A program made the translations under genes and the position numbers. Under the pieces are notes generated by a model. That model was not told where the DNA came from. It worked only from the letters and a program-made list of their open reading frames with translations, and searched no databases. Below, in pieces: positions 1 through 9,458 of a DNA stretch of 64,000 bases. Position 1 is the stretch's first letter; every line of letters begins with the position of its first letter. This DNA is from Pseudomonadota bacterium (lineage in GTDB: Bacteria > Myxococcota_A > UBA9042 > GCA-2863065): assembly GCA_005776725.1 (NCBI GenBank), contig SXOO01000217.1:2944-66943 (forward strand), in the 5' to 3' direction.

Positions 1-2220
1 CCTCCCGTCCGCAGAAACACGGCGGGCATACAGTCCCTGATCTGCGCCGCGCTGCTCGCCACCACCGCCGCCTGCCAGACGAGCCGGTCGGGTGACTCCG
101 ACTCGGCCGGATCGAGCGATGCGTTCGGCGTTTCGGACGGTGTGGTCTTCCTGAGCCCCGACACTGCGTGCTGCGACCTCGGTACGCCCTTCGAAGGGCA
201 AGACACCGCGTCTCTCGACCCCGATACCAGCCCCCCGATCGGGTGTGCGGACGACGACGACTGCGGCACGGAGAACCCCTGCGTCGTGAGCGTCTGCGGC
301 GTCGGAGGCACCTGCTCCGTCACGGCGCTGCTCGGAAAACCCTGTGATGACGCCAACGTCTGCACCACCGGAGACGCCTGCGACGCCGAGGGCCGGTGCG
401 CGGGCGGCGCCTCGGTGCTCGAGGAGTCGACCCCGTGCGTCACCTGTACGTGCCACCCGGTTACCGGCGTCGCGTGCGATCCGACGCCCAGCGGCGAGGA
501 GTGCGACGACGGGCACTGCTGCACCACCAACGATCGGTGCGTGGTGTGCGACGGCGACGCCGACTGCAACGAGCTGGGGCGTGCCTGCCGCGGCGCCGCC
601 ACGGCGTGCTCCGACCTGGACCCGTGCACCCTGGATGCCTGCGCGTGCGACGCCGACGACCAGCCCGTCTGCAGCGCGCCGCCGGCCGTTGACGGGGCCC
701 CGTGCGAGGCCGACGCCTTGTTGTGTACCACCGGCGACAGCTGCCTGGATGGCGTCTGCGTCGCTGGCCCCTCAGTGCCGCTGGACGACGGCGACCCGTG
801 CACCCAGGACCTGTGTGTGAAGGGGGAGGTGGTCCACCAGCCGCTGAACGCGGGGCAGTGCGACGACGGCAACGAGTGCACCACCGCCGACCACTGCGCG
901 CTCGGCACCTGCGTGGGCGGCCCCCCGGTGTCTTGCGTGGTGCCCGAGTGCGCGGGTTCCGCTTCCTGCGTGAGCGGGCAGGGGTGCGTGACCGCGTGGC
1001 TGCCGGAGGGCGCGTCGTGCGCGGGCTCTGCGTTGTGCGCCGCGGCGTTCGCCTGTAACGCGGAGCACGTCTGCGCCCCGATCGGACCCAAGACCTGTGA
1101 CGACGGCGACCTCTGCACAGCCGACGCCTGCGACCCCGAGACGGGTGAGTGCGTCTTCACGCCGTCCAACGCGGCGTGTGATCCAGGGGTCGCTTGCGTG
1201 AACGGGGCGTGCGAGCCCCCGGCGGACGACTGTTCCACCTGCCCCTCGACCTGTCTCCCGGATGGCACCTGCTGTCCGATCGACGCGTTCTGCCCAACGA
1301 CCGACACCACGCTCTCGGGCACCCAGAGCTTCTCCGCGGTGTACGTTCCGGTGGGGGTCACCGTCCGTTGCGTGGGGTCCGCCCCGCTGGTGCTGAATGT
1401 CAGCGGCTCCGTGTGGATCGATGGCGTGCTCGCGGCCGACGGTACCAACGCCGGGACAGTCTCGGACAGCCTCGTGACCCCAGGCGCCTGCGGCGGCTTC
1501 GCCGGGGGAGACGGGTTCCGCGATTGCACGAGCTCCGCCACCACGTTCTGCGAGGCCTCCGGGGCCGCGGCGTGTCAGGCGCTCATCAGCCCCAAGGAGA
1601 CCTGGTCCGGCAACGCGTGCACCTACCTCGCGTTCGCGCCCGGTCAGCCGGGTGACGGCCCGGGCGGTGGTTTCGGGGGCCAGATGGCCCATCCGCTGCA
1701 CAACGCGGCCCTGGGGCGGCCGGCGGGCGGCGGCGGCGGGTCTTACGCCTCCTCGGGCGTGGGCGGGACGGGGGGCCAGACCCAGTGCGGCGCGCTCGCG
1801 GGGGGCGCGGCGGGGCCTCCTGGCAGTACGGCGAACCTCCTCCAGGGCGGGTCCGGGGGCGGCGCGGGCGGCATGGCGCGAAACAACGACTGCGGCAGCG
1901 GCTGTACGGCCGGGTGCACGGCGTGGGGCGGCGACGGCGGCGCCGGCGGAGGCGTGGTCCACGTCGTGGCTACGGGGCCGGTCACGGTCAACGGCCTCCT
2001 CACTGCGCGAGGAGGCAACGGAGGCAACGGCGGTGGCGCGGTCTGCACTGGGGCCGGCGGTGGCGGCGCTGGCGGCGTGGTGCGGGTGGTGGCGCCCACG
2101 CTGGTGACGCCCGGCCCGGGTCACATCGACGCGGCTGGCGGCAAGGGAGGGACCTCGTCTTGTGGCCCTGGACAAGGCGCTGGCGGCGCGGGCGGGTCGG
2201 GGGTGGTGGTCGCGCCCTGA
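1..2220 (+). CDS. Cys-rich repeat surface lipoprotein with C-terminal glycine-rich domain (5' end truncated by the window)
   Basis: Frame 1 is open from base 1 and reads PPVRRNTAGIQSLICAALLATTAAC, a hydrophobic stretch plus lipobox-like AAC (Cys at 73-75), so the true start lies before the ORF-track start at 142. Many C-D-D-G-D/N-x-C-T-x-D-x-C repeats. The C-terminal ~300 aa have GGGGG/GSGGG/GAGG motifs alternating with short beta strands. Confidence 0.8.
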   Translation, partial: PPVRRNTAGIQSLICAALLATTAACQTSRSGDSDSAGSSDAFGVSDGVVFLSPDTACCDLGTPFEGQDTASLDPDTSPPIGCADDDDCGTENPCVVSVCGVGGTCSVTALLGKPCDDANVCTTGDACDAEGRCAGGASVLEESTPCVTCTCHPVTGVACDPTPSGEECDDGHCCTTNDRCVVCDGDADCNELGRACRGAATACSDLDPCTLDACACDADDQPVCSAPPAVDGAPCEADALLCTTGDSCLDGVCVAGPSVPLDDGDPCTQDLCVKGEVVHQPLNAGQCDDGNECTTADHCALGTCVGGPPVSCVVPECAGSASCVSGQGCVTAWLPEGASCAGSALCAAAFACNAEHVCAPIGPKTCDDGDLCTADACDPETGECVFTPSNAACDPGVACVNGACEPPADDCSTCPSTCLPDGTCCPIDAFCPTTDTTLSGTQSFSAVYVPVGVTVRCVGSAPLVLNVSGSVWIDGVLAADGTNAGTVSDSLVTPGACGGFAGGDGFRDCTSSATTFCEASGAAACQALISPKETWSGNACTYLAFAPGQPGDGPGGGFGGQMAHPLHNAALGRPAGGGGGSYASSGVGGTGGQTQCGALAGGAAGPPGSTANLLQGGSGGGAGGMARNNDCGSGCTAGCTAWGGDGGAGGGVVHVVATGPVTVNGLLTARGGNGGNGGGAVCTGAGGGGAGGVVRVVAPTLVTPGPGHIDAAGGKGGTSSCGPGQGAGGAGGSGVVVAP

Positions 2221-2228
2221 GAGATCGC

Positions 2229-5057
2229 TTAGCGCTGGCGTCGGCGGCCGAGCCGGAACAGACCGCCGATGGCCGCGGCCAGGAGCACCAAGACAGAGTG
2301 AGGCGGGGCGCCGACTACGGCTGAGTCCATCGAGCACCCGCCTCCCCCCGGAATGACCTCGGTCCTCACGGAGAGATCGCCGGGATCCTGGGTGTCGAAT
2401 CCAGGGCGCTCGATTGGGTCGGCCGAGTCGGGCGCCGTGAACCACGGGCCCGCGTCGGGTGCGCCCCCTTCGGCGGGCTCGGCCACGCGGCCGGGCGGCT
2501 CGGGATCGTGGGAGTCTGGCCACGCGACACCGGCGTCCGGATCACCCGTGGTGTCGTGCGCTGCGGTGCCCACGTCCGGCGCGAGGTTCGTATCGGGAGT
2601 GGCTGTTACGTCGGGTTCATCGGGCGGCGGTCCGCTGACGTCCTCGGCCGGGCAGCCCGAGAGCGGCTCGTAGACGCAGCCGACCCCTGGCTCACAGCTG
2701 TCTGCCGTACACGGGTCCCCATCCGAACAGCTCTTCGCGGCCCCGTTGGCGCAGCCGCCCGCGTTGCAGGACTCGCCCGTGGTGCAGGGGTCGCCGTCGT
2801 CGCAGCCCGCGCCGTTCGGCTTGGGCGAGCAGGTGTCCGTGACCACGCCGTCCACACAGACTAGCGCGCCCGAGCCGGCGCAGCTCCCGGCACCACACGA
2901 CGTGGCGGTGGAGGTGGCGTCTTCATCGGTGTCACCGTCGCAGTCGTCGTCTACCCCGTCACACAGGTCCGCGGCCGATGGGCAGCTGACCCCGCCGAGC
3001 CGGAGGGTGGAGCCGTACGCCGTGGCCGCCCAGCCGCTCGCGTCCGCGAGCATGCCGACGGGGACGAGCGGAGCGAACGCGTCACCCTGGCTGAGGGCGC
3101 AGGTGACGCCGGCGGGCTCGCGGCCGCAGATGTCGGCGCGCCCGTCACCGTTGATGTCTGCGAGCTTGAGGCTCGAGTAATGGCGGAAGTCGTCCCACCC
3201 GTCGGACTCGGCGAAGGCGGGTCCCACGATCTTCGCGCCAAAGGCGGACCCGACGTAGGGAAAGCACGAGACCCCGATGTTGGCCCGCGCGCACAGGTCG
3301 GCGTCGCCGTCCCCGTCGAGGTCGCCAAAGCGCAGCGAGGTGGCGTTGGCGAGGTCGCTCCAGCCGCTGTCGTCGGTGAACCCCGGGCCGGCGAAGACCG
3401 GTCCGAAACCCGAGCCGGTCGAGAGCGCGCACGCCACGCCGCTGGCCAGCCTCACACACGCGTCTGCTCGGCCGTCGTTGTTGAGATCGGGCATCCGAAA
3501 GGAGCCCCAGTAGGCGACGTCCGAGAGGCCCGACCACGCTGGGCCGGCGAGCTCCGGCCCGAAGCCGCTCCCCGTGGAGAGGGAACACACCAGCCCAGAG
3601 GCGCCGAGGCCGCAGACGTCCGCGCGGCCGTCGCCGCTGATGTCCGCAAACCGAATGGAGCCGTGACGGTGCGGCTCGGCCCACCCGGCGGCGTCCGACC
3701 AGGCCGGCCCATTGAGGAGCGCCGACCCCGCGGTGAGCGACTTACACTGGATGCCGGCGCCCGCTCGCGCGCAGACGTCCGCGGCGCCGTCCCCGGTGAC
3801 GTCGGCGAGCCGAATCGTGGAGAAGTACTGCGGCTGACTCCACCCGCTGGCGTCACTCCAGCCTGGGCCCGTCAACGCAGCGCCGAACCCGGTGCCGGTC
3901 GACGGCCAACACGAGACCCCGGAGGCGCTTCGTGCGCAGACGTCGGCCAGGCCGTCGCCGGTGACGTCGGCCATTCGGATCGTCGCGAAGCGCGACTCCA
4001 CATCGAAGCCCGCGGCGTCGGACAGATCAGCGATCGGCCACCCGCTGGTGGAGAAGCCGGTGCCGGACGCGACGTAACACCGGAAGCCCGCCGACGCGCG
4101 CGCGCAAAGGTCGGCGCGCCCATCGCCGTTCACGTCGGTGAACTGGCCCTCGTCGAGGAGGCCGGCCTCCACGATCACCTGGTCCATCCACAGGTCGCAG
4201 GAGGCGGGTGCGCCGGACCCGTCGGCGAAGACGGCGAGGTGGTTCGAGACCACGCGCTCCGAGCCGTCCGAGGGGTCGTTGACCGCCCCCACGCCCTCGA
4301 GCGAGAGCGCGCTCGACCCGCCGCCGTCCAGGTTCAGGGCGGTCCAGGCCCCGAGCTCGACCATGAGCGGGGAGAGCTCCTTGCACGTCATGCCTACGCT
4401 GAGGTCAGTGCGCCCATCCACGATGACCAGGAGCAGCTTCTGGCGGTCGCGCGTGAGGCCCACCACGGTTCGCGGGTGGCGCTCGGGGCAGTGGGAGGGC
4501 GCGATCGGGAAGCTGGTGAGCGTCTGCCCGTCCTTGACCAGGATCGGGTAGCCGCCAACGGCTTCCTTCATCCAAGCGGAGGGATCGCCGAGCACCGGCT
4601 CCTGTAGCGCGATGATCGACCGGTCGGAGCCCAGGGCGACATACCCACGCGACGAGTTGTCGTTGTGCCAGACGGTGCCGTCCCCCATGGCGAGGCCGCT
4701 GGGGTTGTAGTCCGTGTAGGAAAAGAAGTCGCCGTTGATGGCGGCCTGGGCGTCGACGAGGTTGCGAAACGAGCTGGTGGTCCGTTTTTTCTCCGTGGAC
4801 TTCGTCGCTCGCGTCGAGACGCCGCGCGCACACAGATCCACCTCGAGCGCGAAGATCCGCCACGGAGTGCTCGTGACCCGCTTCAGCAGCCGAACGCCCG
4901 GGAACGGGGTGGTCCAGGTGTCGGCCGCGCGCGCGTCCACCGACACACCGGCGAGTAGGCACAGCGCGGCCAGCCAGAACCGTGCCCCGCGCTGTTGACG
5001 TCGGGCGCGCGCGCCGTGGGAGGCGGCAACGGGACCAGGAGGACAAGGCGGCGGCAT
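2229..5057 (-). CDS. Phosphodiester glycosidase (DUF2233/NAGPA-like) + 7 FG-GAP/VCBS-like repeats + Cys-rich region + MYXO-CTERM anchor
   Basis: Signal peptide FWLAALCLLAGVSVDARA. Motifs AINGDFF, RHPRTVVG, IVDGR, ALNLDGGGSS, ERVVSNH. Seven D-x-(N/T/S/D)-(G/N)-D-G-x-A-D-x-C repeats, a CDGVDDDCDG motif, and C-terminal GGGGC-TM-RRRQR. Start uncertain (5057 or 5075). Confidence 0.85.
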   Translation of the reverse strand: MPPPCPPGPVAASHGARARRQQRGARFWLAALCLLAGVSVDARAADTWTTPFPGVRLLKRVTSTPWRIFALEVDLCARGVSTRATKSTEKKRTTSSFRNLVDAQAAINGDFFSYTDYNPSGLAMGDGTVWHNDNSSRGYVALGSDRSIIALQEPVLGDPSAWMKEAVGGYPILVKDGQTLTSFPIAPSHCPERHPRTVVGLTRDRQKLLLVIVDGRTDLSVGMTCKELSPLMVELGAWTALNLDGGGSSALSLEGVGAVNDPSDGSERVVSNHLAVFADGSGAPASCDLWMDQVIVEAGLLDEGQFTDVNGDGRADLCARASAGFRCYVASGTGFSTSGWPIADLSDAAGFDVESRFATIRMADVTGDGLADVCARSASGVSCWPSTGTGFGAALTGPGWSDASGWSQPQYFSTIRLADVTGDGAADVCARAGAGIQCKSLTAGSALLNGPAWSDAAGWAEPHRHGSIRFADISGDGRADVCGLGASGLVCSLSTGSGFGPELAGPAWSGLSDVAYWGSFRMPDLNNDGRADACVRLASGVACALSTGSGFGPVFAGPGFTDDSGWSDLANATSLRFGDLDGDGDADLCARANIGVSCFPYVGSAFGAKIVGPAFAESDGWDDFRHYSSLKLADINGDGRADICGREPAGVTCALSQGDAFAPLVPVGMLADASGWAATAYGSTLRLGGVSCPSAADLCDGVDDDCDGDTDEDATSTATSCGAGSCAGSGALVCVDGVVTDTCSPKPNGAGCDDGDPCTTGESCNAGGCANGAAKSCSDGDPCTADSCEPGVGCVYEPLSGCPAEDVSGPPPDEPDVTATPDTNLAPDVGTAAHDTTGDPDAGVAWPDSHDPEPPGRVAEPAEGGAPDAGPWFTAPDSADPIERPGFDTQDPGDLSVRTEVIPGGGGCSMDSAVVGAPPHSVLVLLAAAIGGLFRLGRRRQR

Positions 5058-5140
5058 CGAGGCTCCACAGGGCACGCGCCGTGGGTTCGGCGCTGGCTCC
5101 AGTGAACGTCACTCATTGCGCCGCGCGGATCAAGCCGGTC

Positions 5141-6562
5141 CTACTCGCGGGCGCCTGCCCTGAAGAGCTCGCGATCGCCGCGGCGGACGAGGAGGGTGAT
5201 CACCTGTCCCTTCGAGACCCGCGCCACGGCCTTGGCCAGGTCCTCCGACGTCCGAACGGCGGCCTTACCCACCTTCAGGATCACGTCGCCAGGCTGCAGT
5301 TGCAGCTTCGCCGCCAGGCTAGAGGGCTCCACCGCGGTGACCACCACCCCGGCCTTCGCGGACAGCTGGAACCGCTGCGCCAGCTCGTCGTTTACGTCGG
5401 ACACCCGGACGCCGAGCGCCGTGGGCCCGGAGTCGCTCGGGGCCTCGCCGACTTCGGGCGCCTCACCCCCGCGTGTGAGCGCGGCTAGCGTGACGTCGAG
5501 GCGCGCTGCCTTGCCGTCGCGCCACAGCTCCACCGTCACGGCGCGGCCCGCGCCCGCGTTCGACGCGAGCCACCGCAGCGACTTCGAGCTGTCGACCCGC
5601 TTCCCGTCGAAGGCGAGGACCACGTCACCGGGGCGGATCCCGGCCTTCTCGGCGGGGCCCCCCGGGACCACCTCGTTCACCAGCGCGCCCGAGGGGGCCG
5701 AGAGGCCCAGCTGGTTGGCGATCTCTTGGTCCACGTCCTGGATCATGAGGCCGAGCATGCTCCGCTTCACGCGGCCGCCGTCCTTCAGCTGCGGGAGCAC
5801 CGTCTTGACCATGTCGATCGGGACGGCGAAGCCGATGCCTTGGCCCGCCGAGTTGATCGCGGTGTTCACCCCCACGACCTCGCCACGCATGTTGATGAGC
5901 GGGCCCCCGGAGTTGCCCGGGTTGATGCTGGCGTCGGTCTGGATGAAGTCCTCGTAGAGGTCGGTCTTGCCGTCCGGAGCCACGCCGACGCGGCCCTTGG
6001 CGCTGACGATCCCGGCGGTGACGGTCTGGGCGAGGCCGAACGGGCTGCCGATGGCAATCACCCAGTCGCCGATCTCCACCTCGTCCGAGCGCCCGAGCGG
6101 CGCCACCGTGAGCCGCTGCCCCGTGGGCTCGAACTTCACGAGCGCGATGTCGGTCTGGGGATCGGTTCCCACCACCTTCGCTTCGAACTCCCGCCGGTCG
6201 GCGAGGCGCACCTTGATGCTCTCGGCCCCGTCGACCACATGGTTGTTGGTGACCACCCAGCCATCGGCGTGGATCACGAAGCCCGTCCCCAGCCCGTCGC
6301 GGTGATGGCCGCGCCGTCCAAAGCCGCCAGGGAGGCCGCTGCGCTTCTCCACACTGATGAACACCACCGCCGGACCGACGTCCTTCACCAGACGGTTGAA
6401 CGAGGTCCGGGCGACGGGGTCGTCCGGCGTGAGCGCGGCCGTGCTGTTCTCCCGTTCGCTCCACAGACGGTCGGCGTGTGCGTCGCGCGGCTCCAGGGAG
6501 AAGCCGGCGCCCAACCCAACGGCCAGCGCCAGCGCGGCCAGGACCCAACGGAGCTGCTTCAT
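5141..6562 (-). CDS. degP: HtrA/Do-family periplasmic serine protease with two PDZ domains
   Basis: Triad motifs TNNHVV, TDIALVK and GNSGGP, plus IQTDASINPG and two PDZ-like regions. ATG at 6562 with GAGAGG RBS and signal/TM segment MKQLRWVLAALALAVG. Confidence 0.93.
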   Translation of the reverse strand: MKQLRWVLAALALAVGLGAGFSLEPRDAHADRLWSERENSTAALTPDDPVARTSFNRLVKDVGPAVVFISVEKRSGLPGGFGRRGHHRDGLGTGFVIHADGWVVTNNHVVDGAESIKVRLADRREFEAKVVGTDPQTDIALVKFEPTGQRLTVAPLGRSDEVEIGDWVIAIGSPFGLAQTVTAGIVSAKGRVGVAPDGKTDLYEDFIQTDASINPGNSGGPLINMRGEVVGVNTAINSAGQGIGFAVPIDMVKTVLPQLKDGGRVKRSMLGLMIQDVDQEIANQLGLSAPSGALVNEVVPGGPAEKAGIRPGDVVLAFDGKRVDSSKSLRWLASNAGAGRAVTVELWRDGKAARLDVTLAALTRGGEAPEVGEAPSDSGPTALGVRVSDVNDELAQRFQLSAKAGVVVTAVEPSSLAAKLQLQPGDVILKVGKAAVRTSEDLAKAVARVSKGQVITLLVRRGDRELFRAGARE

Positions 6563-6624
6563 CTCATACCTCTCAGGTGAGCGGAGTTGCGGTGCCGCGC
6601 CTCCCGCCTGGCGGCGCGCCCCCC

Positions 6625-6652
6625 TTGGGAACTGCCGGTGGCGTGGGGTTCC
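6625..6652 (-). promoter_or_regulatory. Possible ECF (sigmaE-type) promoter for degP
   Basis: Minus strand GGAACC-N16-TCCCAA about 60 bp upstream of the degP ATG resembles GGAACtt-N16-TCnnA. degP genes are classically sigmaE-controlled. Confidence 0.35.
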
Positions 6653-6714
6653 ACGGTCACTGCATCCGGAACCCAAGGGCGCTGCCCGCTATTCCGTGCG
6701 AAGCTCGGCGCGCG

Positions 6715-8541
6715 ATGAACGATTGCCCCCACCGCCCCGAGTGCCCCGGTTGTGATCTGGCCGAGCTGTCATACGAGGCGGGGCTGATGCGCAAGGCCGA
6801 GAGCGTCTCTGCCGCGCTGGCCGAGTATCCCGGCTCGCCCGAGGTTTTGGCCTGCGCTGGCGTAGTCCAGCGCTTCGAGTGGCGGACCCGCGTCAAGTGG
6901 GTGGTGGATGGGGATCGCATCGGCTTGTACGGCCCCGGACACGTGGTGGTCGATACCCCCGAGTGTCGGGTGGCCCCGAGGGCGGCGCTCGAGGTCGCGG
7001 CGATCCTGCGCGAGGCCGCGCGGCGCTTGGGGGAGGGGGACGGCCAGGCCCGGCTCTCCGGCGTCGACCTCCGCGTGACGGAGCGGAGCGAGGTCGCCGT
7101 GGTGCTCATCGTGGAGGCGGAGGAGGGCGCTACGGCGCGCCGGCTCGCGGAGCGCCTCGCCGCCGCCCTCCCCGAGGGTCCCAGCGCAGCGGTGGAGGGC
7201 GCCTCGGCCCGCCCCTGGCGCGTCGTGAGTGTGGCCGCGTCGCATCGGCGCCCCGGCGCCCACACCGTGCTCGGCGGCGCGCCCGAGCCGCTGCGTGGCC
7301 AGTCGGTGATCAGCGACCGGATCGGCCGCTCCACGGCGGCCTTTCCGCCGGGCGCGTTCTCGCAGGCCCACCGCGACGGCGCCACGGCCCTCCACGACGC
7401 TGTCCTAGCGGCTGCTGGCCGGCCCGGGACCGCCGTGGACCTCCACGCCGGCACGGGGGGCATCGCCTTCGCGCTGGCGAAAGTGTCGCGGCGCGTCATC
7501 GCGGTGGAGCCCTTCCCGCCGGCCGCCGACGCCGCGCGGCGGTTGGCACCGCGAAACGTGGAGGTGATTACCGGGCGGGCGGAGGACGCCTGGGGCCGGC
7601 AAGACGGGGCCGGTCGGGGCCCGGGTCGCGAACAGGGCTTCGGCGGAGGGCGACACCCCGAGGGCGGGCCCCAGCGCCCCCGCCGCGAGCACGAGTCGCT
7701 GCGACCGCTGGTTCTGGTAGCCGATCCGCCGCGCACCGGCCTCACGATGGAGAGCATCCGCGCCATGGTGCAAGCCGCACCAGACAGCATCGTGATGGTC
7801 AGCTGCGATCCGCTGACGCTGGCGCGGGATCTCGACGCGTTGCGCTCGCTCGGATACGCCGCCACGACCCCCGCTCAGCCGCTGGACCTGATGCCCTGGA
7901 CACACCACGTGGAGACGGTGGTGCGGCTCGTCCCCGTGCCGCCCGAGGTGGTCACCACACTCGCGGAGGATCTGGTTCTCGCCGAGAAGCCGGCGCTCCT
8001 CCCCACGATCCCGCACCCCGAGTGGCCCGACTCGCTGCTCGATCGAGTGCGGCGCGCGGTCTCTCCCGAGCTTCAGGCCGCGCATCGCCTGGACGTGGGG
8101 ACGAGCGGGCTGGTCGTCTTCAGTCCTCGTGGGTCGCAGGTGCTCCTCGGCGCCGAGAAGACCTACCGCGCGTGGGTGCGCGGGATCACCCGACGGAAGG
8201 GCCACCTGACGATGCCGTTGGACGAGGATGGGCGGAGCGTGCCCGCGTCCACGCACTTCCACCGCCTCCGCGTCGTGGCCGGCCACTCGCTCGTCGAGGC
8301 CACTCTTGGGACGGGGCGACGGCATCAGCTCCGCCGTCACTTCGCCGCGATCGGCCACCCCATCCTCGGTGACGCGCGCTACGGCGACCCCAGGACCAAC
8401 GCGTACGTGTATGCCCGCCACGGCCTCTTCAGGCCCTTCCTGCACGCGGAGCGGCTGGCGCTCCCGGATGGTCACGTCTTCGAGAGCAGCCTGGCGCCGG
8501 ACCTGGCAGCCGCCCTCGCGCGCGCCGAGGCCGAGAGCTAA
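6715..8541 (+). CDS. Fusion: RlmD/TrmA-family RNA m5U methyltransferase + RluA-family pseudouridine synthase
   Basis: N-part: CPHRPECPGC...DTPEC (Fe-S Cys), AFSQAH, DLHAGTGG, DPPRTG, VSCDPLTLARD, PWTHHVE. C-part: EKPA, AHRLDVGTSG (catalytic Asp), TGRRHQLRRH, GHPILGDARYG. Single open frame from ATG 6715. Confidence 0.88.
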   Translation: MNDCPHRPECPGCDLAELSYEAGLMRKAESVSAALAEYPGSPEVLACAGVVQRFEWRTRVKWVVDGDRIGLYGPGHVVVDTPECRVAPRAALEVAAILREAARRLGEGDGQARLSGVDLRVTERSEVAVVLIVEAEEGATARRLAERLAAALPEGPSAAVEGASARPWRVVSVAASHRRPGAHTVLGGAPEPLRGQSVISDRIGRSTAAFPPGAFSQAHRDGATALHDAVLAAAGRPGTAVDLHAGTGGIAFALAKVSRRVIAVEPFPPAADAARRLAPRNVEVITGRAEDAWGRQDGAGRGPGREQGFGGGRHPEGGPQRPRREHESLRPLVLVADPPRTGLTMESIRAMVQAAPDSIVMVSCDPLTLARDLDALRSLGYAATTPAQPLDLMPWTHHVETVVRLVPVPPEVVTTLAEDLVLAEKPALLPTIPHPEWPDSLLDRVRRAVSPELQAAHRLDVGTSGLVVFSPRGSQVLLGAEKTYRAWVRGITRRKGHLTMPLDEDGRSVPASTHFHRLRVVAGHSLVEATLGTGRRHQLRRHFAAIGHPILGDARYGDPRTNAYVYARHGLFRPFLHAERLALPDGHVFESSLAPDLAAALARAEAES

Positions 8542-8545
8542 CGCG

Positions 8546-9319
8546 TCACTGAAACGCGGCTGCGGTGATCACGTAGTCCAGGACGAAGATCGCGATGAAG
8601 CTCGAGACCACGGCGGCCGTGGTGGCCGCGCCCACCCCGCGTGCGCCGCCTGATGCGGCGAGGCCTCTATGACATGCGATGAGTGAGATCGTGGCTCCGA
8701 AGACCACGCTCTTCACCACCCCCACGCTGATGTCCCGTGGTGACAGGTAGCGGTTGATGTTGCGCATGTACGACCCTGGATCGATGCGCATCACCTCCAC
8801 AGCGACGTAGTAGCTGGCGAGCATGCCGAGGACGATGAACAGCATCGTGAGCAGCGGGAGCATGAGCACGCCCGCGACGAGGCGCGGGACCACGAGGTAG
8901 TGGATCGGGCTCACGGCCATGGTCTTGAGCGCGTCGATCTGCTCCGTGACGCGCATCGTGCCGATCTCGGTGGCCATTGCGCTGGCGGCGCGACCCGCCA
9001 CGATCAACGCGGTGAGCACCGGCCCAAGCTCGCGGCACAACGCGATTGCGATCGTGGAGCCCACGAGGCTCTCGGCCTTGAAGCGGCCGAAGCCCTCGAT
9101 GAGCTGAAGCGCGAGCACGAGGCCCGAGAACGTGCCCGTGAGGAACACGATGAACAGGCTGCCCGCTCCGACGAACTCCATCTGCTGCAGGAAGAGCTGG
9201 GCGCGCCAGGGTCGCCGCGGCAGCCAGGCGAGCGACTGCCCGGCCAGGATTGTGAGCTCGCCGATGTCGCGAAGCAGCCCGCCGACCCGTTGCCACACTT
9301 GTTCCAATCCGCGGGTCAT
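8546..9319 (-). CDS. mlaE: MlaE-family ABC transporter permease
   Basis: RELGPVLTALIVAGR, ATEIGTMRVTEQIDALKTMAVSPIHYLVVPR, GARGVGAATTAAVV. ATG at 9319 (257 aa). Confidence 0.93.
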   Translation of the reverse strand: MTRGLEQVWQRVGGLLRDIGELTILAGQSLAWLPRRPWRAQLFLQQMEFVGAGSLFIVFLTGTFSGLVLALQLIEGFGRFKAESLVGSTIAIALCRELGPVLTALIVAGRAASAMATEIGTMRVTEQIDALKTMAVSPIHYLVVPRLVAGVLMLPLLTMLFIVLGMLASYYVAVEVMRIDPGSYMRNINRYLSPRDISVGVVKSVVFGATISLIACHRGLAASGGARGVGAATTAAVVSSFIAIFVLDYVITAAAFQ

Positions 9320-9458
9320 CGGTGGGGACCGAGAACGGTTTGGTCTCTTTCGAAGGTGCGCACCGAAAGTAGTCTTACACGCGTTCTGTCGGAATGCCGA
9401 ACACCGTGTCCGGCGCGCAGCAGCGGCGCGGGGCGTGGGCTGACCGAAGCAGGTGGTG

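Noticed and set aside
220-1280. Recurring tgcgacgacggc-type DNA repeats here and at ~37700-39150 as a CRISPR or tandem array
   Set aside because: They are degenerate in-frame codons of Cys-rich protein repeats, not identical repeats with unique spacers.
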